The position numbers and the translations under genes were made by a program. 42,714 bases of DNA. Source: Elsinoe ampelina. Its lineage: Eukaryota. The notes below the pieces were generated by a model, which saw only the letters and a list, made by a program, of their open reading frames with translations, was not told where the DNA came from and made no database searches. Positions within the stretch are counted from its first letter, which is position 1. Every line of letters starts with the position of its first letter. The stretch covers positions 1 through 42,714 of the forward strand of contig ML992519.1 in NCBI GenBank assembly GCA_010093995.1, in the 5' to 3' direction. Positions 1 to 11,844 of this stretch are shown here, piece by piece.

Positions 1-1618
1 TACTAGTAGACCTTATAGAAGTATTAGATCTAGACCTACTATACCTTATTAGTACTAGGCCTAGTATAAAGGTATAAATAGGAGAAAGCTAACTAGGGTA
101 GCTAGTAGCTATAATCCTTATAAGCTCTACTATATAGTTTATTACTATAGTAGCTAAGTTATAAACCTTAGTAGCGGTTAGGTTAGTAGAATCTATAAAG
201 TTTATAGAGACTACTATAAAGTAGCAAGAGTTAGTATAAGTTATTAAGGTATTAACTACACCTAATAATGCCCCTAGTATATAGGCCCTTAGTAAGAACC
301 TCTAAGGTAAAGTACTACTAAAAGAGACAGACCTTAGAAGCTCTATTAGTAGGTATATTAGGCTATATAGAATAGGCTAGGTAATAACCCTTAAGCTACT
401 CGGGGTCCTTATAGGTTTAGGAGAGCTAATAGGCCTTAGAGTTAGAGTATAGTTAGCTAAGGAACATCTAGTATATTAGTTGCTATAAGTATAGTAAGTA
501 TAGGCCTTATTAAGCTAACTAGGTAAAGTAATATACTTACTAAACTTACTACCCCTACTCTTACTCTAATTATTACTAGGGTTAGATCCCTAACACTTAG
601 TATAGCAATTAGTGCTATAGTAGACTACTCTACTAGTAGCACTAGAAGCTATTAAAGTAGTAGAGTAGTTAGTAGATCTAGTAAGGTTAACTTACTTAGT
701 TAGATCCTTAACTAGAATAGAATTAGTAACTACTAGGTGTATACTATAGGTACTAAAGGCCTAGACTACTATAGACCTCTAGATAGAATATAAGTTAGTA
801 TAGTTATAATAACTAATTATCCTAAGCCTAAGAAGAGTATTCTAGATTATATCAGCTAACTATTAAGTCAAAGTCTAAGTTAATTAGGCTATTAATGTTA
901 GCTTATGCTATTAATACTTTATAGCTACTTACTAAGAGTATTAAGACAAGTAATTAGTCTTATAGTAGTATTATAATTAATATTAGAAGTACTAGGTAAC
1001 CTTAATAGAGAATTTCTCTTCTTACTACTACCTCTACTACCTAGTAAACTACTTAGAGTACTAGTACTAGTAGCAATGCTACTAATGCCTAGCTATTACT
1101 ACACTATAGCGCTTATATTATAAGTGTTATTAATATAGTATAGTAAGAAGGTAAAAGTATTATATAAAAGAAAAGGCTACTACTATAAGTATAATAAAGA
1201 AAAGAGAAATTATAAAGAGGCTAGTTAGATACTTATATCTCTTTAATTAAGACTTATAAGCTAGTCTATTTATATAAACAATAGCTGCCTAGCTATTATT
1301 AATAGTTACTATTATTACTAGTAATTATAAGCTAAACTAATAGTAAATTCTTACTAATAATTAGCTAACACTAACAATTATAAGCAATTATAAAGAGATA
1401 AAGTAATAAGCTAATTACTTTACTTACATGTGACAGGATAGTTCTCTAGCTTTAGTAATCTATACTAGAGAGGGAGTGTTATAATAGAAGGCTAGTATAG
1501 CTTCTCTAGTACTAAAGAACTAGTACTAATAAGTTAGCGCACGCACAGTAGATAAATCGGTTATTGTAACTCTCTGAATGAAACACACGTCTCTCGATCC
1601 GATTTGCTAGTTACAACA
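1..1618 (+). mobile_element. RIP-degraded Ty1/Copia LTR retrotransposon, left copy (3' internal region, PPT and 3' LTR; continues beyond the window start)
   Basis: AT-rich, TpA-saturated DNA. It is the reverse complement of 30662-31215 plus 38245-39308 (position 1 pairs with 39308). In the stretches compared, differences are C/T and G/A transitions. The right copy is contiguous with Copia pol motifs. Confidence 0.9.
1477..1618 (+). repeat. 3' LTR of left Copia copy (142 bp)
   Basis: Preceded by polypurine tract AGAGAGGGAG (1467-1476). Begins TGTTATAA and ends TTACAACA (RIP-altered TGTTGTAA/TTACAACA terminal inverted repeat). Matches the reverse complement of 30662-30803. Confidence 0.9.
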
Positions 1619-1667
1619 ACAGGGGCGGAGGTGGCAGGGACTAGCTACTTGGCAAAGAAAAACCTTG

Positions 1668-1698
1668 ATCTGATAAGATGAAAAAGATCATCTGATAA
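1668..1698 (+). promoter_or_regulatory. Two ATCTGATAA GATA boxes (SreA-type consensus ATCWGATAA)
   Basis: Exact ATCTGATAA at 1668-1676 and 1690-1698, ~420-450 bp upstream of the ATG at 2121. Confidence 0.55.
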
Positions 1699-2120
1699 GC
1701 CGGAACAGGAAGTGCTCCTAACCTCTTCTGGAAAAGCCTGGCGAATGCCTCCACCTTCCACCGCCGCCCTCCACCGTCCTTCTTCATCCTTCAATCACAT
1801 GCATCAACCGAAGATGGTCTAGTTCCTCGCTTCAGAGACTTGCCTCCTGAATGAATGTCGTTCGAGACATGAGCAAGATTAGTACTTGACCGAGAAAATT
1901 CTGCATGTTGGCCAGGAAGCGAGAAGCTATTGATCATGGTGCCACCTCCGTCGGCGAGGTCCCGATAACGCGACTCGCCAAGTAGTGCCATGTGATGGCG
2001 GGACCATGGAGGTAGGTTTAGCGCATGCATGCGAGCCCTGTAGCGCCGCTCCTGCACCTCATATGTTTCGTCCCACCCTCCATTCTCAGAGGTCTATACC
2101 TCCCATTACCGACTGCCATC

Positions 2121-3101
2121 ATGCTCTCCTCACTTTTCTCTTGTGCGCTCTTGTCGCTTCTCTGGACTCGTGTGATCGCACAAGAGACTCATGGATCCGA
2201 GGCGGCAAAGACAATGGGTCCTGCCGCATTCATGTGGCCTCCTGACCGCGAGTGGGGGGCTGCTCAGGACAATACCAGTCCCTGCGGTTCATCCTCTGGT
2301 GTTGTGAACAGGACCGACTTCCCTCTTGGTTGGGCGTACACCAATTCTGTTATCCTACGCTAACAATGCTAGTCAATGGCCAAGTCGCTCTCGTCATGCA
2401 AGACGACTCCTACTACGTCCAAGTCGGAATCGCCTATGCCAACAGTATCTCACTATCCCCACACCGTATTTGTCTCCCACTCATCGTTTTCAGACCCACA
2501 GAGCGAGTCAGACTTCTCCGTCGTGATCGACGATGCCCGCCTCACCGAGCTTGACCCGGGTCACGCCTGCTTCGCCGTCCCCGATCCTCCCTCCGGCACC
2601 CAAGCCGACAGCAACGCCACCCTGCAGATCCGATACACCTCCGACTTCGAGACGGACAAGAACGAGACCTTCTACGCTTGTGCGGACATCCGCTACGTCT
2701 TGACGCAGGACTTTAGCTACAATGTGCCCTGCTTCAATGCTTCCGTGGACGACTTCACCCTGCCAGCAGCGACCGCCACGCCCTCGTCCAGTGGGACAGC
2801 AGCATCAGCGACGACCACGCCAAGCGGTAGTGCTGTACCCTCGTCACAGACCGAGACTGACAGCGGGTCCGGCCTGTCGGGTGGTGCTATCGCTGGTGTA
2901 GTGATCGGCGCCATCGCTGGTGTTGCGCTCCTGGTTGGCGGCCTACTCTTTCTATGGAGAAGAAAGCAGCAGCAGAATCGCAATGCTCAGATCGCTCAGA
3001 GCTCGAGACATGTTGCGTGGGACGGAAGTGGAGAGCAGAGGAAGCAGTCTAGTTCGAGCAAGGATACGGATACTAGTATTCAGTTGCGGAATATGAAGTG
3101 A
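2121..3101 (+). CDS. Secreted/single-pass membrane protein with a copper acquisition factor BIM1-like domain; exons 2121-2328, 2373-2444, 2494-3101
   Basis: Signal peptide MLSSLFSCALLSLLWTRVIA. Motifs MGPAAFMWPPDR, PCGS, GHACF, NATLQIRY, FYACADI. Ser/Thr stalk, then TM helix GLSGGAIAGVVIGAIAGVALLVGGLLFLWRRK. Two GT-AG introns (2329-2372, 2445-2493) join three ORF-track frames. Confidence 0.75.
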
Positions 3102-3439
3102 TTGCAAAGTGCTGGTAGCTTATACTGATAGTGGACCAGAGCGGTAGTTGCGAGAGGTAGAGATGACTGTCAGTCGATTGAAGGGATTTACAGCTTTCTG
3201 CAATGTGCCGCAACCAAGGGCGGCTGATTTCTCTTGTGTCTGTCATTTGTGATAGTACCTTTTCTGTGCTGGCAGTAACGTGGATGGCGTTCATGCTTGG
3301 AGTATTGGAGGTATAAGACTGGATATGGGAAAGGACCTTCATTCTGCATGTGACGTGGTAGGATCTAGTCGAGTCTATGACCACTGCTGGGCTAGGGGCA
3401 TCTCCATTGCAGGGCGCGTTTTCCCTCAAGGTGTGGTCT

Positions 3440-3900
3440 CCGATCTCTTGAAGTATATCAGGGGCGTGTAACAACGCAATATCATTCCCTAGACGACATG
3501 GTGGTCGAGACGAGCGCATTGAACGCCTGTCGCATCCACCAAAAGTCTTACCAGGGCCGGTGAGGTCATGGATCATTCGTTCTTCATCACAGCCTTCAAT
3601 TGTGTTCGATGGTTTCAAGTCTTCGTGCGAGATGTTTGAATTATGTTGGCCACAGATCATGCTGGTAGGACATTCGGGGAGAAGAGGTGATCCCGGTACG
3701 AGAGACGTTCATCGGCCAACCCCGACACCATGAACTTCGGCACCACAATCACAATGATACACTCATTTAACTCTGAAGCCAGATCCTCAGAGGTACGCTC
3801 ATAATCGTCCCAGGTCGAAACTGATCGCATACTCAGGGTGAAGTAGACTCAAATCCATGAAGCTGTCGAAACTTGCTATATGGTTCAGGGACGACAATAC
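3440..3900 (-). pseudogene. Possible degenerate protein kinase relic
   Basis: Minus-strand fragments in kinase order: VLSSLNHIASFDSFMD..PEYAISFDLGRL, HEDLKPSN (3627-3604) and HAPDIL (3468-3451). Interrupted by stops; no clear DFG. Confidence 0.35.
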
Positions 3901-3928
3901 CCATCTCGAAGATGATAAATGACAGACA

Positions 3929-5716
3929 CTAGAGGTCCTTAGCATACACCTTCCTGTACCGTACTCGCTCTTCTCCCGTCTCTTCGGAGACAAAATGCTC
4001 GGCTTCGATCCTGTGACCCCTGATTTTGGGAAACCACTCCATGAACCAGTATCGCCAGAATGCACCGAGCAACAGCACAGACACCCCAACTATCGGGAAT
4101 ACGAAGTAGGGGTAGCCAGAGGAGCTGTTGCCACTTGTAGGAGGTATGAATGGTGCAAAAGCCAGAAATCCGTTGACCAAGAAGTAGAAAACCGTGAGCG
4201 GAAGATATGAGTGAAACGGCGACGACCACTGCTCCTTCTTGTTGTACTGGAGGTACAGAAGACCCAAACACACCGCCGCATTGATCCACGAACCCGGATA
4301 TGTGTAGAGATCGACCAGGAAGTTGTATGCAGGTCCCGGTGGCGGGGCGAGGAGGACGGTGACAGAGACGGCCCAGTGGAGAGCCAGACAAGCGGCAGGA
4401 GCGTTGAAGGGCTTGTTAGACGCGAAGAATTTCGAAAATGGTAGTATGCCCTCTTTGGCGAACTCCTGGTATACTCGCGAGTGGGCAAAGCTGACGGCCA
4501 TGACACAGCCCAAGTTTGAGGCAGCCACGAATGATGGCAAGGCCCTGGACCCAGCGATACCTCCGAAGACGTTCCGGAAGAACACACCCGCGACCAGTGC
4601 TTCGGATGTGGCCATCTGTTGCTTTGGGATCGTGGAGAAGTATGCAACATTGGCGAGGATGTAGAGGATGGTAACGCCACCGATAGCCAAAGGAGCGGCG
4701 ATACGTAGTGTCTTTCTTGGGTTCTTAACCTCGCTTAGCACGTAATTTGCACTTTCCCATCCCTTTGAGAAGATTAGTGATGTTCAAAATAAAAAATGGC
4801 GAAGCGGAGTTGGAAGTTGGGTGGCATTGGAACTGCATGGGAGTGGCCAACGTTGACGACCCTTCGCCATCACCAAGCGCACCCGTATTTACGTACCTTG
4901 AAACTGTAGATGATACGCAGCAAGCATGTTGCGTAAGCATAAGCACCTCCGCCACCATAATCCTCGGTGACATCCAGCGCAAACGCATTGTCAAAGTTAC
5001 CAGGGTCTGGTACACGACGACGACCAGCAATGGCTGCGAAACCAGAGAATACGATGAAGATCAGAATGGCGACCTTGAAGATACCAAGGAAGTTGAAGAT
5101 GCGGATGCCCCATTTGGGAACCGTGGCGTGGACCAAGCAGGAGAAAGTGACGCAAACAACACCAATGCCACGAGCAGTCCAGGTATCGGCAGTTTGTTGT
5201 CCAGATGCGAAGAGCACGTACCTCCCAAAAGAGAGAGAATTGCCGGACGAGAATCCAAGCAAGACCATTTGAGCGGCGAACATACATGAGGCGAGCAGAC
5301 GAGGTCGCCTGTAGACTCTCTCCAGGTAATTCTTTTCACCACCTGATCGAGGAATTGCCAGACCGAATTCCAGCCAGACTGAAAGACCGGCGAACGTGAT
5401 GAGACCACCTGCTTCCATCAGTATCGTCCTTGTACGCCATTCCAAGCGTCTTACCAATGACCCAAAGCATCAACGAGACTCCCACCGAGCCAGTATTGAC
5501 AAAGATACCCGACGGCGTCGAGAAGATGCCCGTACCAATCATCTTGTTGATGATCAGGAAGACAGCCGAAGTGACACCCAACTTCCTCGAATCGTCGAAC
5601 TGATACACCTGCTCCGACTCGACCGGCGCGTTGGGGTCGACATTATTGTCCGAGACCTTGACCACATCCTTCGCTACAGCCCCATTCTTCTCGTTGTCAG
5701 AGGTATTGCCCGACAT
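3929..5716 (-). CDS. MUP1: High-affinity methionine permease (APC superfamily, Mup1-like); introns 5409-5454 and 4763-4896
   Basis: SAVFLIINKMIGTGIFSTPSGIF, EFGLAIPRSGGEKNYL, GWESANYVLSEVKNP, RVYQEFAKEGILPFS; many TM helices; GT-AG introns restore a single frame. Confidence 0.85.
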
Positions 5717-6379
5717 GGTTCAGCACCAGGAGACTGCAATCTTTCCAACAAACAATCAAAAAGCAAAGATTGACAAACAAAGGAAACGCAAAGGTAATAA
5801 TATACAAACCCTCACCTCGGATCTGCACATACTCAAAACCTTGCCATTATTCCCCTGCATCTCCCCATCTCCCATCTCACCCGCTCCAAGAAAACCGCCT
5901 TCCTTGACTCCTGCCCACCTCGACGCTCGCCCGGTGTCGTTATCGCACGCGACTGCGTCGCGCCCTGCAAGAGACCACCGCTTAGTGGCCGGCGGGGAGG
6001 ACGGGCCCTCGACCGGCCTGATGTCGTGCTTGGGCGGGGCGACTTGGCGGTGCTGCATTGGGGCTGGTGGCCGGCGGATCTTTCATCTGTGGTGCTTGGG
6101 GGAGCTTTACTGGATGGGGAAGGATGTAAATGTGAGTGCAGGGTGAGAGCAGATGGGTGCAGATGGGTTGCAGATAGGTGCAGGAGAGTGGTTTGAATAA
6201 TGGGTTTCGGTTGGCCTTGGACCGTGGGAAAGCGGAAAGTGAGCACTACATGCCTTGGGTTGCAGTGAGGCCGGCGGGAGGTGAGCACGTCTTGATGGGA
6301 TTCGATGAGGCTGGAGATTTTTCGATGCTATCGGAACAGAAATGTGATTCGCTATGGTGGTATCATAATACATGGCTCG

Positions 6380-7927
6380 TCATGGTTGGATTACTTCATC
6401 TCCCTTCTTCTCCTCCAACGGCACACCGGCCTTCTCCTCAGCTGGCTTCACCGTCGTCACTTGTCCGTGAATCAACGCCTGGACATGCTCGTGTATCCGC
6501 TCGCACAACCTCTCCCGTGGCTTCCAGTCGTTCAGCTTGTCCTGCAGCTCGCAACCAGTGGTCTCCATCAGCTCCCACAGAGTAGCTTCGACATCGAAAC
6601 CAAATGTCTTCATTTGGTTCTCCTTGGTACCCAGTAAGCGCCACCGCTTGGCCTTGTCTTCCTCCGAAAAGATGTCGCCCTCGTCCATGAGATGACCGAC
6701 ATTCATCTTGGGTATATTGGCGTGCAGGAAGAATGGTCTCACCGGTCGTGGCTCCGCAATCATGTAGTTGTCGGTAAATTGCCGGGCGTTGGCATAATCA
6801 TCACCTGCATGGTGCTGCAACATAGCACGACCACGACTCTTCTCACCGTCGTCGTTCATGACAGCGACCACCTTTTCCCTAACGCGATAGTAGTGAAGGT
6901 CGGTGGCGACTGCAGCAGCCATGAACGTTTCCTTGTCGCCTTGACCCATAGCTCCTTGGCTCAGGAGTGGATAGTACCAACCAGGTCCCCAGATGTTGTA
7001 GTATGTTGCCAGCAGGACTGCCTTGAGGTGGGTACCCTTGTTGACCATGATCTGGCCTGTCTCGCTCGATGTGACTGGTAGGTCTGACGGAAAGTCCTTC
7101 TTCCCAGCTATAGTCCAGAATGACGGTGATTCTGTGCTCATCCAAAAATCTGGCCAGATGACCATGCCTCTTGAAAGGTATGGATCGGACTTCATAAGCT
7201 GCTGGTATGGATCCATGAGCGGTATACTATCACTGTCCAGAAAGAGGACATGCTTGAAGGAGGTGAAAAGAAGAGCCAGCGCTTTGAGCTGGTACTTCCT
7301 GACCTCAAGCTGCGCGCTGCCGGGCGTTGAGAGAAAGTCGGTGATGATCAGACACTTTGCATTCAGCTTTGGCAAGAAGACGTCGCACAGTTCCTTTTCA
7401 TATTCCGAGTTGTCGGCGACAAAGACTTCGACAGGCAGCTGAGAGCCAGACCTCCGCAGCATCTGTATTGTCGAGATTGCTGGGCCAAAGTACTCTCCGC
7501 CAGCCACCAATGCAACGCCATATCCTGTGAAGATTGTAGATATCTCGCCCAACCTGTCTAGCTCTTGCTTGAACCGCTTGTGACTCTTTGCCAGGCTCTT
7601 TGCCGCTCTGTTGTGGTTGATGACCAGTTCGGTGAAGGCGTTCCTGGTTGCATTGTCCTTCGTGTCGACGTGGATGTTCGGAGCTCTTGCACTCAGTTGT
7701 ATTTCAGGTACCAGCGGTTTCGCCTCGAGGATGAATTGGCTCCAGTGCGCCCACAGAGTACGGATGTCATCGTGTTCCAGAGCAGGTAGTGGGTCGTTTA
7801 CCGGGTCATGAATGAGCTCCTGCACTCGATCTGTGATTCCCGAGTCGAAGAAGAAGAAGTTTGCCAGGAGAAGGAATGACAGAGCTGCGAGGACTGCATA
7901 AAGAAGGCCTCGACTGAGGTACCGCAT
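6380..7927 (-). CDS. Alpha-1,2-mannosyltransferase, GT71 (Mnn2/Mnn5-like), 515 aa, intronless
   Basis: N-terminal type II TM anchor, LRRSGSQLPVEVF, DxD motif LFLDSD, WPDFW, ETGQ, YYPLLSQGAMGQGDKETF. Confidence 0.9.
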   Translation of the reverse strand: MRYLSRGLLYAVLAALSFLLLANFFFFDSGITDRVQELIHDPVNDPLPALEHDDIRTLWAHWSQFILEAKPLVPEIQLSARAPNIHVDTKDNATRNAFTELVINHNRAAKSLAKSHKRFKQELDRLGEISTIFTGYGVALVAGGEYFGPAISTIQMLRRSGSQLPVEVFVADNSEYEKELCDVFLPKLNAKCLIITDFLSTPGSAQLEVRKYQLKALALLFTSFKHVLFLDSDSIPLMDPYQQLMKSDPYLSRGMVIWPDFWMSTESPSFWTIAGKKDFPSDLPVTSSETGQIMVNKGTHLKAVLLATYYNIWGPGWYYPLLSQGAMGQGDKETFMAAAVATDLHYYRVREKVVAVMNDDGEKSRGRAMLQHHAGDDYANARQFTDNYMIAEPRPVRPFFLHANIPKMNVGHLMDEGDIFSEEDKAKRWRLLGTKENQMKTFGFDVEATLWELMETTGCELQDKLNDWKPRERLCERIHEHVQALIHGQVTTVKPAEEKAGVPLEEKKGDEVIQP

Positions 7928-8409
7928 GATGACAAGAACGTGACATGGTCAAAAAAGAGAGGACAAGGACGGGACAAGGTATTGGACATGGGCAAAAGCC
8001 CACGACACTTGCGGAAGCCCTAAAAGCTGCTTGCATACAATAAAAGTGACGCTATCACCGTTTAGATCCCATTTCGACTTGGAAGAAACATGGAAACATG
8101 CATCCATCAGGCCTGCCCCGCTTATTTGTCCGATCTCTGTTACTGTAAACTCATTCCCAATCATCATGGGTCTATCAAGGTCGTTCCAATTTCTTCATAA
8201 AGGCCCCTAGCATCGCTTGGCCGACTTCTGTCCATCATGATGCTGGGCTCAACGACACCGTCTCGTAATCGACCATGTTAAATGATCAGCCGCTATCACT
8301 GCAGATCCGGCAAAACACATTTCGAACACGAGCCATGTTGCCAGCATTATCGGCACTCGATACTGAGAAATGTCAAGCTCTATGAACACCTTGCTACATG
8401 GCAATGCAC

Positions 8410-9906
8410 CTATTGGACCTTCAACTCTGCAAACTTGCTAAACACATCGCCGAAGACGGATTCGGCATGCTTCTCAGCATCATGCCCATGAATCCAGTCC
8501 TCACGAGGAAACTTGACTGAATCTGGATTCTTCTTGACAGCATCCCAGTCGGCCTTGTGCCACATGTCTCTCGTCGTCTCGCCCGTCTTCTGCACCGCCT
8601 TAACACGCTCATACCGGATATCCTGGAATGCCTTGAGGGCTGCGGGAATGTACTTCTTGCCAGACTCTCGAAGACAGTAGGCGAGCGTAACGCCATCCTC
8701 CATGGCTTGGGTTGCTCCCTGCGCACTGGTCGGTAGGAATGGATGCGCTGAGTCGCCAAGAAGAGAAATGCGGCCCTTGTCTGACACCCATCGAGGGAGA
8801 GGGTCTCGGTAGACAAGCTTCCAATCGACTACCACAATCAGTCATGGCCGAGTTCACCCAACCGCTCATACTCACCACACGACGGCGTCTTCTCCACAAT
8901 GGCCTTGCACATGGGGTCCCATCCTTCAATCACCTTGTACACATCCTCCATCTTGCCTGGAAACGACCACGACTCGTCAATATCCGCATCATCCTTGTGT
9001 GTCATTACCCAGCAGCAGTCTGTACCATTCTTGATCGTCGAGAACAAAAAGTGTACGTCCTGACCGATCCAGCCCTGGAACGTGTCACCGTTCTCACAGA
9101 ACTTTCTCGTCCTCGGATCCGCCATCATGTCCTTGTTGGAAAACCACGCTCGGAATACCGCATATCCACTCGACTTTGGCTTGTCCACGTAGCCGAGGAC
9201 GAGCTCGCGAGCTTTTGATCTGACGCCATCCGAGCCGATGACCACGTCCGCCGTTCGCTAGCTGCTTCAGCATTGGTCCAGTCATCGGGCCTGTCAGCAT
9301 ACCTTTTGGCCATCCTCAAGCTCAATTCCAGCTTCCGTCTCCGTCTCAAAGTACTTGTTTATCCGCGAGCCTAGGTGAATCGGGATACCCAGCTCATTTC
9401 TGGCATACTCGAATACCACGCTGTGCAGCTCTCCGCGATGCCCGTTGAAGACAGGCGCATCCGGATTCTTCGGTAGTGTTTTTTGATTGATGATGAACTC
9501 GCCAGTGTACTTGTAGATGTCGAAGCCATGGTTGGTCAAGTCGATCGTGAGAGGCTCCAGCTTGTCCGATACTCTCGTGCCATCCTTGTAGAACCACCGG
9601 CGGAAGATACGGCCTGCGTTGGCACCGAAGCTGATGATGTCTCCAAGCACCTTGAGCTCCTTGAACGACTCGTAGATCTCAACGTCGTGTCCTTGTCTGT
9701 AGCATTCAATAGCTGCACAGAGACCGCCAAAGCCTTTGCTCTGTGAGTCTAGAGTCGCTGACAAAGGGAGAAGAATGCTCACCTGCGCCGACGACTATCA
9801 CCTTGACACCGGTTGGGCTTGCTCTCTGATCGTGAGACGTGCCATTGGTATCGTTCGAGGTATGTACCCCATTCGTCTGCTCTTTGCCTTCACTGAGCAT
9901 CGCCAT
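8410..9906 (-). CDS. FAD-dependent (group A) monooxygenase, MAK1/salicylate hydroxylase-like; introns 9734-9782, 9258-9302, 8829-8875
   Basis: Spliced VIVVGAGFGGL (GxGxxG), DG motif VIGSDGVRS and GD motif LLGDSAHPFLPTSAQGATQAMEDG. Confidence 0.9.
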
Positions 9907-10558
9907 GTCTGCGGGTGTATGATGTTAGGAAGAATCGGTAAGAACGGAGAGTTATTGATCAACAATTTGCAACACCACTTCTTGCATGACCTATCTCAAG
10001 GCACATGCGTCGTCATTTGCCGAGCTTAAGGACCTGTGCCACTTCATCCACCCCAGACAACGGGCCTGGTGCACATGTCTCCAACACGATGGCCATCTCG
10101 GGACAACTTTGAGAAACCCCACCAATCCTTCTGGTTGCCGCGTTACTCATTCAATCAGATCTGCCGTGGACTATCCTGAAAACACCAGTCAGCTTTGCCA
10201 GCTGATCAGCAAGTGGACCCTCTTGAGCAGGAGTGATTAGGGCTCACATGTCCCCGCGGAGGATGTCCGACCCCGCGACCTGCCCCTCCTTTCCCCCACA
10301 CTCGCCTTTCCCCCAAACCACAATCCGGATAATCTTCTCCAACTGTCAACCGACCCGTCCTGTACTGGTGGCGTTAGACACGGAGGGAACTTTGTTCAGC
10401 AGGTATCACATGTCCTTCAGGCCTGCCATGGTGTTACCCGAGGATAGATGGATGAGCATCGAGCAATGCTCAAGATTACTGAGTGGAAAGAGATGTGGGA
10501 CGGCAGTTGCACATAATAGACCTTCTTTCGAGCATCATCGCCTAACTTTCCAACGATC

Positions 10559-11679
10559 ATGGCCAGCAGGAAGGAATTCAATGGTAACACGAATGGCTCG
10601 GAGGTAGCAGCAGTCTTTGCAGACAGGATCAAGGGGCGGACGAGTGAGCATTGTTTGTTCATCGATCTCGACATAATTGACCATACACAGTCGTCATTAC
10701 CGGCGTATCTCCCAAGTCTATTGGAGGCACCCTTGCCACCAACCTCGCCGCTCAAGAACCTGCTCACCTCATTCTTGCCTCGAGAACCGAGTCAAATTTG
10801 AAGTCCATATCTGAGACAATCACTTCCAAAAACCAACATGTCAAGGTCTCTACCATTCCTCTGGACTTGTCATCTCAAGCATCTGTTCGCTCCGCCGCGA
10901 AGCAGATTATTTCCTTGACTTCCAATGTCGACTTACTTATCAACACGGCTGCTGTGTCTCCTTCATCCAAGAAGGTCACCGCCGAGGGCATAGAGTCTCA
11001 ACTAGGAGTCACTCATATTGGCCATTTTCTCTTCACCAATCTGTTGCTGCCGCAACTCAAAGCAGCAGCTTCTGTAGGATCTTCAGGCAAGGGCAGTACC
11101 AGGATCATCAACGTCTCCTCTCATGGTCATCGACTATCGCCGTTCCGCTTCCATGATTACAATTTCGAGGGCAAGGACATTCCGGACGATGAAAGACCTC
11201 CACCAGGTCTACCGGAGAAGTTCTTGCCTTCAGGCGACGAGCCGTATGCAGTTTTTGTAGCATATGGACAGAGCAAGACGGCCAATATCCTGCACTCTCT
11301 TGAATTAGACAAGCGGCTTGCGGATGATGGCATCAGAGGATTTGCATTACATCCTGGCTGTGGGTCAAACTGTCAATACATGCTATGATTCGCACTGACT
11401 TTACTAGCCATAATCACTGAGCTTGGCAGGGAGATGACACCGGAAGACTGGAAGGTCATCGAATCGACCTCTACGAATTGGGTCAGTCTCGATCAGGGCA
11501 CATCAACAATCTTGGTTGCTGCGCTAGATCCAGCGTTGGACAGCAGCAAGGATGGCGTGTACTTTGCCGACTGTCAAGTAGCTGAAGCTGCAAAGCATGC
11601 AGTCGATCCTGAAGCAGCAAGGAAGCTGTGGGACTTGAGTGAGAAGTTGACCAGTGCACAGGACAGTGGCAAGCTATGA
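10559..11679 (+). CDS. Short-chain dehydrogenase/reductase (retinol dehydrogenase/WWOX-like); introns 10644-10690 and 11361-11408
   Basis: Spliced VITGVSPKSIG cofactor loop, LDLSS, INTAA, HIGHFLFTNLL, RIINVSS, catalytic YGQSK, LHPG, C-terminal ARKLWDLSE. Confidence 0.9.
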
Positions 11680-11844
11680 GTTGCATTTGTAGACTGAATT
11701 AAGAGCTTTGACATCTCTTCGCATATAGCAGGACTTCAACTCTGGAAGATGGAATATAACATTTCCGAACGTCAACTAGTTGCTTCTGTTGCCGCACCCT
11801 CCCTTTAGCCACCTACTCCTAACCATTTGCTTGCCATCATTAGC

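Noticed and set aside
745..850. GCR1_C-like motif (T.DLW.EY) in the Copia 3' region
   Set aside because: Only a few residues match after de-RIPing, and the downstream conserved positions cannot be recovered.
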